Shown here piece by piece: positions 41,127 to 55,046 of a stretch of 64,000 nt of DNA (position 1 is its first letter; each line of letters begins with the position of its first letter). This DNA comes from Octopus sinensis (lineage: Eukaryota): the NCBI RefSeq assembly GCF_006345805.1, contig NC_043002.1, forward strand, positions 40,982,001 to 41,046,000. The letters run 5' to 3'. The notes beneath the pieces are model-generated. The model did not search any database. It had not been told where the DNA came from and was given only the letters and a program-made list of their open reading frames with translations. Made by a program: the position numbers and the translations under genes.

Positions 41127-41499
41127 TCTCTCTATATATAAACGGCAGTTTGTCTGTGCGTGTTTCTGTGTGTCTGTTTGCTTGTACCCTCACCCTGACC
41201 ACGGCTTTCAACCGATTCTGATGAAACTTGACACACACATAGCCCAATGTCATAATTCAAAACTAACGCAGCCAAAATTTTGAAAAGTTCCCCCAGTTCT
41301 GAAAAAAATCGATAAATTCGACATGGGGTCGAGAATCAGAAACACGAACCACAAACTGTCTAGGGGACGCAACTCCATCCTTTTTTAACTCTCAAAAAAA
41401 ATTTACCATATTTTTTTCCATTTTTTGGCTATAACTCTCTAAAAATGCTTTATAGTTATTTCCCTTACAAACCTGAGCAACGCCGGGCGATACTGCTAG
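41127..41499 (+). mobile_element. Non-autonomous Helitron
   Basis: A|TC 5' end, subterminal hairpin CCTGAGCAACGCCGGG, CTAG|T 3' end, no TSD. Confidence 0.8.
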
Positions 41500-42414
41500 T
41501 ACAATCATAAAATAATGTAAGACACGTGTCAAGTGTATGTCTTCTCTGCACCATGACAACTGTTTCTATTCTTTTATTATACTTTATCCTCTCACCACCT
41601 GGCATAAATCCATCTACTACATTCTCATTTGTGCTTTTCAGGTTATGCACGTAGGGGAAGGAGATATAATGTGATAATGCAACCTCTGCACACAACGGCC
41701 AACATACCGTAAGCAATCTTTTGTAAGTTTGAACCAACAAACTAATATTTTAGCTTGTTTTCAATATTTTATCATTAATAACCATTCTTTTGTCCAGTGG
41801 AGTTATACTTGCCTGGTTCCCTAGCCTACAATACTTGGTTTCCCATTCGTAATACAGTCATATTAGACACAAGACAATTTTTTTGATAAATCTAAAAATA
41901 TGAAGAAAAAAACCCATCTTATACGCCAGAAGATACAGTAATTTTGCCTGTCTACATTCTGAATATTAATCCTGCTGCTAGGGTGACTTAGCCTTTCGTT
42001 TCTCCAGAATAGATAAAATAAGTTCTAATAACATATTGGTTTGATACAAAAAGTTGTCTTGCGTCTAATGTGACCGTATTACGAATGGGAGACCAAGTGT
42101 TGTAGGTTAGGGAGCCAGGCAAGCATAACTTTGCTAGACAGAAAATATCCTTCACATTAGTACAAAGAGCAGGAGTTTAAATTGAAAACTTGAAATTCGT
42201 CCAAGAATCACACAGACAATGACTGTACTAATCAAACTCAAACCAATATGGAGATTTAAGAACATCATCATGAGCATCAAAATCCCGCGTGCACTGGTGC
42301 TTTCCACATTCCTGTACGCGCGCGAGATATAAGGCTCTTACGGCATAGATTCAGAGGAAGATACCGGCATTAGAAATGAGAAGCTACCGCAACATTTTAA
42401 GATTTTGTACTATG

Positions 42415-42830
42415 GGCGTAGGAGTGGCTGTGTGGTAAGTAGCTTGCTTACGAACCGCATGGTTCCGGGTTCAGTCCCACTGCGTGGCACCTTGGGCAAG
42501 TGTCTTCTACTATAGCCTCGGGCCGACCAAAGCCTTGTGAGTGGATTTGGTAGACGGAAACTGAAAGAAGCCCGTCAGATATATGTATGTATATATATAT
42601 ATGTATGTGTGTATATGTTTGTGTGTCTGTGTTTGTCCCCCCAACTTCGCTTGACAACCGATGCTGGTGTGTTTACGTCCCCCGTAACTTAGCGGTTCGG
42701 CAAAAGAGACCGATACAATAAGTACTAGGCTTACAAAGAATAAGTCCCGGGGTTGATTTGCTCGACTAAAGGCGGTGCTCCAGCATGGCCACAGTCAAAT
42801 GACTGAAACAAATAAAAGAGTAAAAGAGTA
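42415..42830 (+). mobile_element. tRNA-derived SINE with internal (TA)n/(TG)n and GAGTAAAA tail
   Basis: GGCGTAGGAGTGGCTGTGTGGTAAG..GGTTCAGTCCC; many copies, e.g. 46930-47342, 52606-53895, 28625-29030(-), 11240-11500(-), 17040-17470. Confidence 0.85.
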
Positions 42831-45800
42831 AGGTTACATTTCGAATGAGCAGGTTCATGAAACCACCCAGCATTACATTGGCTCCTGTGAAGATCTCACA
42901 ACGGCATAGAAAAGAAAAGCTAAAACTATTTGACCATATAACAAGATCCAATGATCTTGCAAAAACTATTCTTTAAAAAAAACTGTAGAAGGGGAGAGGT
43001 GGACAGAAAACCTCAAGGAACAAGCGGGCAAATCGGAGCTCTGGCTCACTACTATGACAAATGGAAGAAACTGCTGTTCGCTTTGTCACGACGACACCCC
43101 TTACGAACCTATTGGTAGTTGAGGGACCCAAGGAAAAAGAAGACAAGTACAGGGGTAAAGCCGATAGAATCAATTCATGTACATGCCTCGTACTTATTTA
43201 CTTCATAAGGATGGATGGCTAAATGAGATTTACAACTCAGACTATAGAAAAAAGGTAAGGTAAAGTTACATTCTCGAGTCATACTAGCTCATAAGGGTCG
43301 GTTTCCCGGGGTATATATTCCCCACCTGGACAGGACGCCGGTCTGTTGCAGGATTACTCACTTTTACTAGCTGAGTAGACTGGAGCAACCGGAAATGAAG
43401 TGTTTTGCTCAAGACCATAACGTGTTGCCCGATCCAGGAATCGAAACCACAATCTTACGATCATGAGCCCAACACCGTAACCACTAAGCCACGCGCCTCC
43501 ACAGATAAAAGAAGTGGTAAAGTACAAGATCGAAAGACATCTTGTTTTCTCCTTTAAAGATTAATAATCCTTCTGTATATTAAATAATTATTTGAAAAGT
43601 TAAGAAAATTTAGAGAGATGATACATGTTCATCATCGATTTTTCCAGAATATTTGATTGCAAAGCCTTTCTGGATTACTGATTTTTCCGAACCAGGGGTG
43701 GTTGCCTTGGTCAACACCGTCTAAATTAAACAAATATTAAATTTAGTGAAATAATTAAATAAAACACAATTGCCAGAACATAAGTATAAATGATATAAGT
43801 TTATTAATACTGTACTATGCAATCTAGTTTGTGCAAGTTACCTGTAAACTAGTCTGGCAGCCACGGGAATTTGATGTTCCCGCTTGTAAACTAATGCGGA
43901 TTATGAAAGGTTCTAGACCGTCAGTATCCGGAAAATCGGTACTGATCTGCACAAAAACCAAAAATGAAAATAAAAGAAGAAGAAAACAAAAGGAACTCAG
44001 TACATTTTCTTGTTTCGTCCTCGATTTTGATTTTCAAATTTCGCCGAAGCCTACTTTGCCTCTGATATCAGCAGAGTGTATAAAATGTCCAACTAATATA
44101 TTAGTTTCGATTCATTTAACTGTTCTTTAACTTCAAAAATTATTCCTGTTCATTTTGACTTTTTATGTTAAGTGACCTTGGGAAAAGCGTGAATAACATA
44201 ATTTCCTTACATTTTAGGTTTGTGCCGAAGTATGAGAGCGTTGTCTTAATCTAGTTATAAAAATAGTTGTTTGGAGACGGGGTTTATGACATAAATTAAG
44301 ACTAGTTTTCCTTTCTTAGGCTTTATTCATCATTTAACGAAATATATAGTGTTTGATACAAACCGAAAGAGGGCCTCAAAGCGAGGTTGAATCATAATAA
44401 CACAACAAATATGAGAGGCTACATCAGGTGTATAATGGTAGCTTCTTAAATTTCTGTTTCAGACGAAGTGGTTACAGTTGGATATTGAAACCAGATTGAA
44501 TTTAGTGGAATTCCTATCTACCTTACAGTCACTGCTGCTTCTAGTAAGAATATTGCTTTCATTTAAGAAGATACGATGTCCTATGTACTTGAGATGTATG
44601 TTTGTGACAGTCATACATTTCCTAAAGACAGTGAAAATTAACTGCATCGATATTATATTGCAACCAACGAAGCAAACTGGTTGCAGTTTAGGACACCAGA
44701 AGCCTTTCTCTAACTGTATGACGCTTACTACTTCAACAAGGAAAATAAATTTTTCGATCAGACAGAAAGATTGATACACTTAAGAGAGAGAAAAACAATT
44801 GTTTTCATGCCCATCCCTTTCCTATGACATTTAATGATTCGAATACTGCAACAGGACTCCGTTCGATAGGAAGTTTTCATTTAAAGTATTGATTTTTTTT
44901 GGCAAAGTAGAAGGCCAATAGTCGATTTAATCAATCCTTATGTTTTAATCGTTATTTATTTTATTGACATCAATAAGATTTGAACTTAAAATGTAGAGAG
45001 ACAAAATTAAATACTGTAAAGTATTTTATCTGATCTTCTAAAATTTTGACTAACTTACCGCCTTCTTTATTTAGAGAATGACCAATTAGGAACGGAAGTA
45101 GCACAATGGTGCTATTAAATATTCAAATTACAATACACTGTCTCTTTAGGTGTCAATGAATAGGTGCCATTACCACAATGTTTGAATAGATGTTAATCTA
45201 AGTGTGACATCAACTTGAATTATTAGTAGTCGTTTAGCAGATGTAACAAATACCATTTCGTTCAGATGTTTAGAAAGAAATATTGCTTGTTGAACATTAA
45301 TTGAAAAGTTTCACTTTGAGAAACATCATTCACTTGCAGCAGAACTGTCTGGAACATTGAGAACAACCCGATTAATTCATGTCAGAAGCGGTAGAGAAGA
45401 AACCGTTTCTCTTCTGACGAGCAAAATAATACCTGAAGTAACAATAAATAGCTTTTATGTTCAACTGAATATATTTGGTTTGGTTGTCAATTTTCTAACA
45501 CCAAATACCTTATTATTAATTAAAATTCTGTTGACTATTTTAATTATTTTATTTCATTTATTCATTTATATATTTTTGGAAACCTAACGATATCGACAGT
45601 GGAAATTTCAGGATTCAAAAGATAAATCGCAGTATGTGATTTTCTTATTCGAATTCAGAACTTTTGTGATTATCAAATTAGATTTTCGATAGAATTGCTG
45701 AGCATTTATTTTTGCTAGTTTTCATACATTGTAAATACCAAGAAGATATTAGATTAATGCTCTAAGACATAAACTACAAACCATAGTATTTCTTAGGTTA

Positions 45801-46669
45801 AAGAGTCGTATTATCTCTGACGCAATCCTTAATTAAAATGTTTTAAAAAATTCATCAACTTAGGAAGAATCCTTTCGGCTGCATATCACGCTCTAATTTT
45901 TTCTTATCTTATTCTTTAAGATGAAGATGGTAGGTGCCAAGAGGTAAATGTAACTTTTCAACGAAACGATTCTGTAGCATAGTTTCGATTTCTAACAAGA
46001 TATATTCCTTTTTACTTACGCTGCTAATACCTTTAGAATAAGCAATGATATTACATCTCCTTCTCATAAAAATCTCAGATTTTATGCTTGCATAATGAAA
46101 TTATATTTTAAAACGGCGTCATCTTCATGTTCGCTTTATGGTTATCTTTTACAAGTCTTTATATTTAGCTGTAGTTCCAATTTTATTTTACAGAGAAAAT
46201 TCAACAGAAATGTAAAAATCAATATCATGTTAAGAATTTGATTCTTTTTCCTTACGAAAATCTTCATGTAATGGTAATGATAAAGCTTACACTTGCTTTC
46301 ATTTCTGTCTCCTTTTACGATATTTGAAGAGCTGTTTCTCGTCCCGAATCTCGCCCCAAGCCAGCTGAAATGTTTCTTATTACCAACATTTGTTTATGCC
46401 ACAACCGTTGTTCGTTGTCACTTCTCAGTATACTGTTAACCACGTTAGAAAATCACGTTCCGGTCTTCTGTACAACATTTTAATTTCACATAATTCTGTT
46501 TTTAATGTTGTTTTATAAAATCATACTTTCCAATATCATATCTTTTAATAAACAAAATCCCAATCGGAAGACGGAAGAATAGAAAGGTATTTTCAGTTGA
46601 AGAGGATTTTCAAGTAAAATTTTGGAGGATTCATCAAGGATTCAACGTAGAACAAATTATATCCCTTGC

Positions 46670-46733
<64 letters not shown>

Positions 46734-46826
46734 AGAAGGTTGAAAAGGAACACACGAGTTGATATATATATATATGGAAAAAAAATCAATGTAAAAAATG
46801 CTAAAATGATTTTATGAAAAACATTT

Positions 46827-46862
46827 CCGTACCGGTTTCAGTTATTGAGACTTCTTCAACTG
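46827..46862 (-). ncRNA. Minimal hammerhead motif (inverted partner at about 47747-47782 +)
   Basis: CAG-TTGAAGA-AGT(ctcaata)ACT-GAAA-CCGG-TA-CGG; the partner copy has CAAA instead of GAAA. Confidence 0.55.
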
Positions 46863-46929
46863 TAAGCATGGAAAACAACTGAATTTTGGAAAAATTAAAT
46901 GAAAAGATTTTTAAAAGAATATTTGCATA

Positions 46930-47342
46930 GGCGCAGGAGTGGCTGTGTGGTAAGTAGCTTGCTAACCAACCACATGGTTCCGGGTTCAGTCCCACTGCGT
47001 GGCATCTTGGGCAAGTGTCTCCTGCTATAGCCCCGGGCCGACCAATGCCTTGTGAGTGGATTTGGTAGACGGAAACTGAAAGAAGCCTGTCGTATATATG
47101 TATATATATATGTGTGTGTGATTGTGTGTCTGTGTTTGTCCCCCTAGCATCGCTTGACAACCGATGCTGGTGTGTTTACGTCCCCGTCACTTAGCGGTTC
47201 GGCAAAAAAGAGACCGATGCAATAAGTACTGGGCTTACAAAGAATAAGTCCCGGGGTCGAGTTGCTCGATTAAAGGCGGTGCTCCAGCATGGTCGCAGTC
47301 AAATGACTGAAACAAGTAAAAGAGAAAGAGTAAAAGAGAGAG
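46930..47342 (+). mobile_element. Same SINE family, inserted into one arm of a hammerhead-bearing inverted repeat
   Basis: Near-identical to 42415-42830; the flanks rejoin to match the opposite arm at 47635-47834. Confidence 0.85.
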
Positions 47343-47437
47343 TATTGAAATACAAGAGGCATTTTTCTTGTTTCTGGCTGTCTCTGTCTCTCTTCTTTAC
47401 TCTTGTGGGTTCGAGGTCGTTGTGAATTCTTGGCAGA

Positions 47438-47533
47438 GAAGAAGAAGAAGAAGAAGAAGAAGAAGAAGAAGAAGAAGAAGAAGAAGAAGAAGAAGAAGAA
47501 GAAGAAGAAGAAGAAGAAGAAGAAGAAGAAGAA
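47438..47533. repeat. (AAG)n microsatellite
   Basis: Direct reading. Confidence 0.98.
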
Positions 47534-47831
47534 GGAAGAGGAGGGGGAGGAGCATAATGCGGAGTGCTATGATAGTAGTAAGATGTTAAATGGTCAAGTG
47601 CTTTGAAAGTGACTTGTGGAAGGTAGTAGTGATTGAGATAGGCAGAAACAAGGAAAATGCCCCTTGTATTTGAATACTATGCAAATATTCTTTTAAAAAA
47701 ACTTTTAATTTAATTTTTCCAAAAATTTAATTGTTTTCCATGCTTACAGTTGAAGAAGTCTCAATGAGTCAAACCGGTACTAAAATGTTTTTTATAAAAT
47801 TATTTTAGCATTTTCTACCTTGACTGTTTTC

Positions 47832-47919
<88 letters not shown>

Positions 47920-48100
47920 TATATATACATGCAGTGGTGGACTGGCCAGTTTGCCAGCTTGCCCGATGGCAAGTGGGCTCCTGTGCCATTAGAATCCATA
48001 TATGGGGGCCCATCCCCTCAAGTTCCAGAATTTTTTATTCACTCCTGGAAGAATACATTATTTCAGCCTTGCTGTATTTGCAGACAATTAAAAAGAATAC

Positions 48101-48195
<95 letters not shown>

Positions 48196-48218
48196 ATATA
48201 TATATATATATATATATT

Positions 48219-48525
48219 TGTGGAGGTGCAATGGCCCAGTGGTTAGGGCAGCGGACTCGCGGTCGCAGGATCGCGGTTTCGATTCCCAGACCGGGCGTTG
48301 TGAGTGTTTATTGAACGAAAACACCTAAAAGCTCCACGACGCTCCGGCAGGGGGTTGGTGATCCCTGCTGTACTCTTTCACCACTCTTTCTCCCACTCTT
48401 TCTTCTGTTGGCCTGCTCGCTTAGCCAGCGGGGTGGCGTCATTCGAAGGCTAAAATAATGCGAACGCATTGTGACCAGCGATGTGTAACAACATCTGATG
48501 GTCTGGTCGGTCACGTGATCACGTG
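48219..48525 (+). mobile_element. tRNA-derived SINE (another family; second copy 17945-18140)
   Basis: GGAGGTGCAATGGCCCAGTGGTTAGGGCAGCGGACTCGCGGTCGC..TTCGATTCCC head followed by a non-tRNA body. Confidence 0.75.
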
Positions 48526-48531
48526 ATATAT

Positions 48532-48585
<54 letters not shown>

Positions 48586-49126
48586 TTGAGAGTGACATAC
48601 ATACATACAGATATACAGACAAACAGACAGAGCTAACAGGTGAAAACGAGAGGATCTCTGTGTAGAAAACATTTAGTAGCACCCAAGAGATCTGAACTTA
48701 TACTCTGAAATTTTAACCGAGGAATCCAAGTGAACAGATATGGAGACAATGATGCATTTAAACAGATAAAACTCCTTAGATTTGATATACAGGATATATG
48801 TTCATGTATATATGTAAATAAAGAAATGGCAAAGACCGAAAATTTCTAGATGTTAAACATTCAAATATAAATATGCATATATTTATACTTGAATGCTTAT
48901 CATCCGAAAAGTTTTCAGTCTTTGCTTCTTCCATATGTATCCATTATATATATTATATATAATGTATCCATTATATATATTCTGTACATCAAACTCAAAC
49001 CCAAAGAGTTTTATCTGTTTATTTGCATCATTATCTCCATACATACATACATACATACATACATACATACATACATACATACATACATACATACATACAC
49101 ACACATTCACACACACATATATATAT

Positions 49127-51180
49127 ATCTGTATCTATAAAAAGCAGGATATGTGTTTGTGCGTGTGTGTGTGTGTACGTGAATGTAATTTATGCACGTC
49201 CACAAATTAGCACGCATGTCGCTCCAGTTTTAGGACATTGGTCACGACCCTAGCTGGGTCTTGTTGACTTATTTTCCCTGAGGCACCCGCGGATAGCAGT
49301 AAAAATCGATTTTCAACCATAACTTTTTACCAATTTTGAAGTTTGCTAACATGAGTTAAGTCCTCTTCTTCGCATAGCGAAGTGAAAGTGTGTGTATGTG
49401 TGTGTGTGTGAGAGAGGGAGAGGGAGAGAGTTTGACAGCGTCTAACAAAAAATGTAAAGAGAAAGTGTGTGTGAAGAAGAGAGAGAGAGAGAGAGTTTGA
49501 CAGCGTCTAACAAAAAAAGTAAAGAGAAAGTGTGCGTGAGGGAGAGTAAGTGACAGCGTTCATCAAAAATAAAAATGTAAAATGTTTTTTTTTCTTAAAC
49601 ACGAGATATAGTCTTCAAATTTTGGATGTTTTTGAAAGACACTATATTTTATAATCAGATTATATATACTTTCTCACACAACAATTAAAATATATTTATT
49701 TTAAATTACTTATTTATCTATATCTATAAAAGACAGGATGTGTGTGTGTGTATGTGAATGTAATTTATGCACGTCCACAAATTAGCACGCGTGTCTCTCC
49801 AATTTTATGAGGACATTGGTCACATCAATGGCTGTGTTTTTGTCAACTTATTTTTCCTGAGGCACTCGCGGATAGCGGTAAAAATCGATTTTCAACCATA
49901 ACTTTTACCAATTTCCACGTCGGTGAAATCCATAAGTTTGCTAACATGAGTTAAGTCCCCTGTCTAGCAATGGCGGAAAAGAAGAACTAAGGGTAAATTT
50001 TTAGATTAACACCCGCACGATTTTCACTAAGAATAAAAAATAATAACTCGGATTTTTTGCGTAGAATCAAGAATCCTGACCTCCTAATATGCTGCAAATC
50101 CTTTATTTTGGTTCGGGAAAAAGAAGGCCAGGGCGAGTAGGGACCCTCCCCATCCTGGAATCATTGGAATTTTTTTTTCGTTGAATAAATTCATGTGACC
50201 TCCTAATATACTACAAAACCCTTTTTGGGGTTCGAAAAACGGGGTGGGGTGAGGTGGAAGCCTCAGAAATTTTATTCACTCCCAACATTTTACAGAAATA
50301 ATTTTCCAGAATGTGAATTACATGGTTCGTTATAATATATATATATATAATAGCGTGAAAACCTTCTCCAATGCAGATCTTCGATGCAGATCTCCGAGGC
50401 AACCTTCTCCAATACATATCTTCGATGCAGCCGTGACCGATAGTACTCCTAGGAAGGGTTAGAACTAGATGGGGATTAGTCGCTGCCTTTTAGAGGATCG
50501 AGAGGCCTTTTGAGCATTCTATTTTCCTTGCTAGAAGGGCTCCCAACCCATGAGTCAAGTGGGGTTAGATGATGAGGGTGGTGGTTTCGAAAGGCCCGGC
50601 ATGTGCAACCTGAACATCTCAGCCGATTAAACTCCCAACTCATGCGTTCCCATCGCGACACTGATTCTGTAGAACAGGGTTGGGTGTGAAACCAACTTTA
50701 AAGTATATAGATTTTTTTGAATCAGCAATGTTGTGATCGGTTAAGTCCTGTTTGGGGTGAAAATCAATAAACTGATTCCTTATGGGGTTTTCCATTTAAT
50801 CAGGAGAAAAAATCGATAAACTGATTCCTTCTAGGTTTTCCCACTAAAATTGGCTACATCCCATTTTCAACGATAACTTTTACCAATTTTGACGTATTTT
50901 ATTCAAACTTGATGCCGACGTTACTTAGTACTTGTCGGATCTTTGAATGCTTTAAGTTCTCTCCCTCCCACAAAAAAGAAAACGATCGATGAGGGGAAAA
51001 ACTGATAAACCGATTCCTTATGGGGTTTCCCAATCAAATTGTCTGCAACCCATTTTCAGCCAAACGTATACCAATTTCAACGGATTTCGTTCTATTTTGA
51101 CGTCGGTGTTACTTAGTATGGTTTGAAACAAAGCGCTTGATTAGCTTAATAATCCTAACTTAATCCCGGGCAACTGGTAG
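49127..51180 (+). mobile_element. Helitron-like element with duplicated 5' end (49127 and about 49716)
   Basis: TCT(G/A)TATCTATAAAA..(GT)n starts, repeated internal blocks, degenerate CCCGGGCAAC..GTAG|T end. Confidence 0.55.
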
Positions 51181-51600
51181 TATATATATATATATATACG
51201 AAAGAAGGGAACTCAACAAATTTATTGGGTGTTACATGTATGGATCAAAACAATTTGATTAAAATTCGTTGGTAGACATATATCGGGCACGTGCCGTTAG
51301 TAATTACTCAGAATAGGCAGGTGGTGACGTTTATGTAATAACGTTGTAGGAATGTATGCAGCACGTCTACTACAGCAGTTCTATGCGTAGCTTTAATACT
51401 GAGACTGAAAGGCAGGGACAAATTATGCCTACCTAATCTACAACAAAATATAATATTTTGTATTTTATGCATAGTAATCAGAGTAACTTTCATAATTTTA
51501 TTGAACTAGGTGCATATTTTGCCATAGAAGGAAAATATCACTACCGATATATTTTATTCAGGTAGGCACTGCTTACCTTGCCTACTAAGGTGGCACGTCC

Positions 51601-51681
<81 letters not shown>

Positions 51682-51750
51682 ATACTATATACATGATAGA
51701 TCGTTAGCCACTACACACATCTTTTTCTCTCCTTGTTTTTTCTGTGTCCC

Positions 51751-51784
51751 TTTCTGTAGAAGAGCGTAGGCTCGAAACGTAAAA
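51751..51784 (+). ncRNA. Hammerhead-like motif in a (TA)n-embedded element (about 51697-51875)
   Basis: TTT-CTGTAGA-A-GAGC(gtag)GCTC-GAAA-CG-TA-AAA; related decayed copies on the minus strand at about 34545-34690 and 55490-55610. Confidence 0.5.
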
Positions 51785-51872
51785 TACTTTTTCTATTTCT
51801 GAGCGTTATACTATTACATCTGTTTGTTTTGTACACCACCTGTCTTCGTCTTTTGTTTTTTTCGTAAACTCT

Positions 51873-51910
<38 letters not shown>

Positions 51911-52746
51911 GTTTACGTAATATACAAACATATATAGCCAATATAAGGTGAAAACATATTTACAAAATTTTCACTAATCAGTTTCGTAACCTATGCTGGA
52001 TACGCGCGTACACACGCACACACACATATACATACATATATGCATACGTATATACATATATACATACATGTACAAATTTACACATACATCATATATATAC
52101 ACATACACATATATGTATATATGTATATATGTATATATCTAAGTATACATATATATATGTATTTATATATACATAGATACATACATTCTCTCTCTGTCTC
52201 TGTTTCACGCACACACACACAGACACGCGCGCGCGCACACACACACACGCAAAATTCAAATTGAAACGGGAATATTTTCATGACGGATTAATTGCTGAAA
52301 TTTTTATTTCTCGTCGCAAACATCAAATCTTGTAAAGTTGGATATTACTAGAATAACGTATCTTGCTAGCACTAACTGACTGAAGATTTATCTTCTGAAG
52401 ATTAAGCAACGCAACAATAAAAATAGCATTAAAATATTTATGGCTCCTAATTTAAGCTGCTGGAACGGGATGACGTTCTGCAATATAAACAAGTTACACA
52501 GTTAAGGTATTATTAATACGCAGTTGGAAGCTCGTCATCGTGTTTGCTGCTCGTTTCCATCTTAAATTCATACTCACCATGATAAATATTAGGAATATTT
52601 TTCATGCTAACCAACCACATGGTTCCGGGTTCAGTCCCGCTACGTGGCATCTTGGGCAAGTGTCTTCTGCTATAGCCTCGGGCCGACCAAGCCTTGTGAA
52701 CGGATTTGGTAGACGGAAACTGAAAGAAGCCTGTCGTATATATATG

Positions 52747-52808
<62 letters not shown>

Positions 52809-53194
52809 ATATATATATATAAAATGAGATAGGGGTTGAAAATTCAACCCACACCTGCCTTATATGGCTTATAGGTTAAATGAGGCATACTTGCCCTCAC
52901 TGCCGAAACAGCTGTTAGATATGATATAATTATATATTATATTTTATATTTTATATTTCTATTTCCTTGTCTAATTATATTTACAATATATTTTGTATAA
53001 TGCCTTTGCTGTTATGTAATGGTGTAATAAAGTATTGATTGGGTATCATCTGATGGTTGATGTTTGATTGATTTAAGTATGTTTCTCCATTTTCTAATTT
53101 TGTATATATATATATATATATATATATATACAAATTGAGATAGGGGTTGTAAATGCAACCCTCCATGGGATAACACATATCCAATATACTGCTA

Positions 53195-53316
53195 GTGAAG
53201 AGGCCTTATGATATTTTTGTAAATGTCTCATTTATATCTATATATTGACCTACCATAAAGGGCTAATATTGGTAAAATGAGACATACTTATCTACATGGC
53301 CGAAACAGCTGTAAGA
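53195..53316 (+). ncRNA. Degenerate hammerhead-like motif with a very long helix II insertion
   Basis: GTGAAGA-GGCC...(about 92 nt containing TGTCTCATTT/AAATGAGACA stem)...GGCC-GAAA-CAGCTG-TA; tandem decayed copy GCCGAAACAGCTGTT at about 52902-52916. Confidence 0.45.
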
Positions 53317-53558
53317 TGTAATCTATACTTATATTTATATTTACTTATATTTATATTCTCTTTTATATATATTCTACTCATTATACAACATTACTTTTTT
53401 ATGTACACTTTTTTATGTACATTCCTTTATGTACACTGATTTGTTCTGCTTTTTATATCTAACCCTACAGTCTCTTATGTGGTGGTTAATAAAGTATGTG
53501 ATTGAGTATTATCTGGTAATTGATATTTGATTTAGATGTATTTCTTCATTTTCTATCT

Positions 53559-53614
<56 letters not shown>

Positions 53615-53615
53615 T

Positions 53616-53668
<53 letters not shown>

Positions 53669-55046
53669 TGTATGTGTGTGTATGTGCTTGTGTGTCTGTG
53701 TCTGTCCCCCTAGCATTGTTTGACAACCGATGCTGGTGTGTTTATGTCCCCGTCCCTTAGCGGTTCGGCAAAAGAGACCGATAGAATAAGTACTGGGCTT
53801 ACAAAGAATAAGTCCCGAGCTCGATTTGCTCGACTAAAGGCAGTGCTCCAGCATGGCCGCAGTCAAATGACTGAAGCAAGTAAAAGAGTAAAGAGAGGGT
53901 ATTCTGTTTTCAGAATGTTTTGTTTTGGAAAGGACGAGATCAGTGGGATCCATTTTTTTTGGGGGGGGGGGGCAAGGATAGGAATTGAACTTGGCACTGT
54001 AAGTTAAGAAACCAATTGTCAATTTTACTACAACGTGTGCACAACAGTGAGTTTCTCTTCCCTTCCTGCTCCTCCTCTTTCTACCTCTCCTCATTCCTTC
54101 CTGCTCCCCATTCCTCTTCCTCCTTCTCCTCCTGCTTCTACAGCACTTTCTTCCTTTTCTCTTCCCCCTCTCATCCTAGATCCTCCTCCTCCTCTCTTCC
54201 TCCCGTTCCTCTCCTCTTTTCTTCTTCTTCTTCTTCTTCTTCTTCTTCTCCACCTCCTCCTTTTCTTCTTTCTCTTCCTCTTCCTCTCCTCCTTTTTCCT
54301 ATTCTCCCGTCTTCCTCTCCTCATCCTTCTTCCCCTTCTCTTCCTTCTTCTCCCCCCTCCGCTTCATCTTCCTCTCCTTCAAATTGTTTTTACGCTAGAT
54401 GAAAGATCTCCTCTGTGGACATCACAATTACAGATGACAGCAGCAGTTCATTACCTGAAGCGGTTGATCCAGGCTGATGACAGTTTGTTGTTTGTTCAAC
54501 CTACACTGCAGCAACCATTTGCAGCCAGGGGCCGAACCCATTTAACTGTTAATTGTGTAGCGAGACCTGGAATTTGAACCCCGTTGTTTAAATTATTATA
54601 CTAGTGTCACGAATGAAACATGCAATTATCACTATCAGTCAACTGACAAGAGATCATGCTACAAAGTCAGGACATCATCTCAAATGTTCTTGAGGTACGC
54701 GCTCTTCTCTCTAGTTATAAGCAGTTTGGCGCTAAAAATCTTAGCAGAGGTTCAGAGCAACCAGGGAACATTCATCTCACTTCTCGCTATAAATAAGACA
54801 GACCAGGACAGAGGGTTAGCAAGATTCAACATAAAACCAAATAATGAGTAAACACTGTTAAAGACATGTTATTTAACTCTTGCCCAAAGTAAACCAGAAA
54901 TATGAGTGAATTCGGATAAACTCACATCTCGATTTTCATTCAAGAACCTGTATCGAGATTAATGATTATATAATTTAGACACTATGAAAGCCGATCCCTA
55001 AACCTTAAGTCTCTCTACAGTCAGTATGTGAAAATCCATGTATATA

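Larger units (their letters stand above)
40389..41938. mobile_element. Pogo/Tigger-like non-autonomous element carrying a nested SINE and Helitron
   Basis: TA|CTGTATTTGCCAGCGTGTAAGA ... TCTTATACGCCAGAAGATACAG|TA imperfect TIRs. Confidence 0.6.

Noticed and set aside
44463-44774. Plus-strand exon-like ORF (..LNLVEF..RILLSF..)
   Set aside because: No partner exons; loosely resembles a decayed hAT transposase C-terminus.
54035-54577. 180-aa ORF
   Set aside because: Mostly a CT-rich tract; the unique tail is unrecognised and has no supported gene context.
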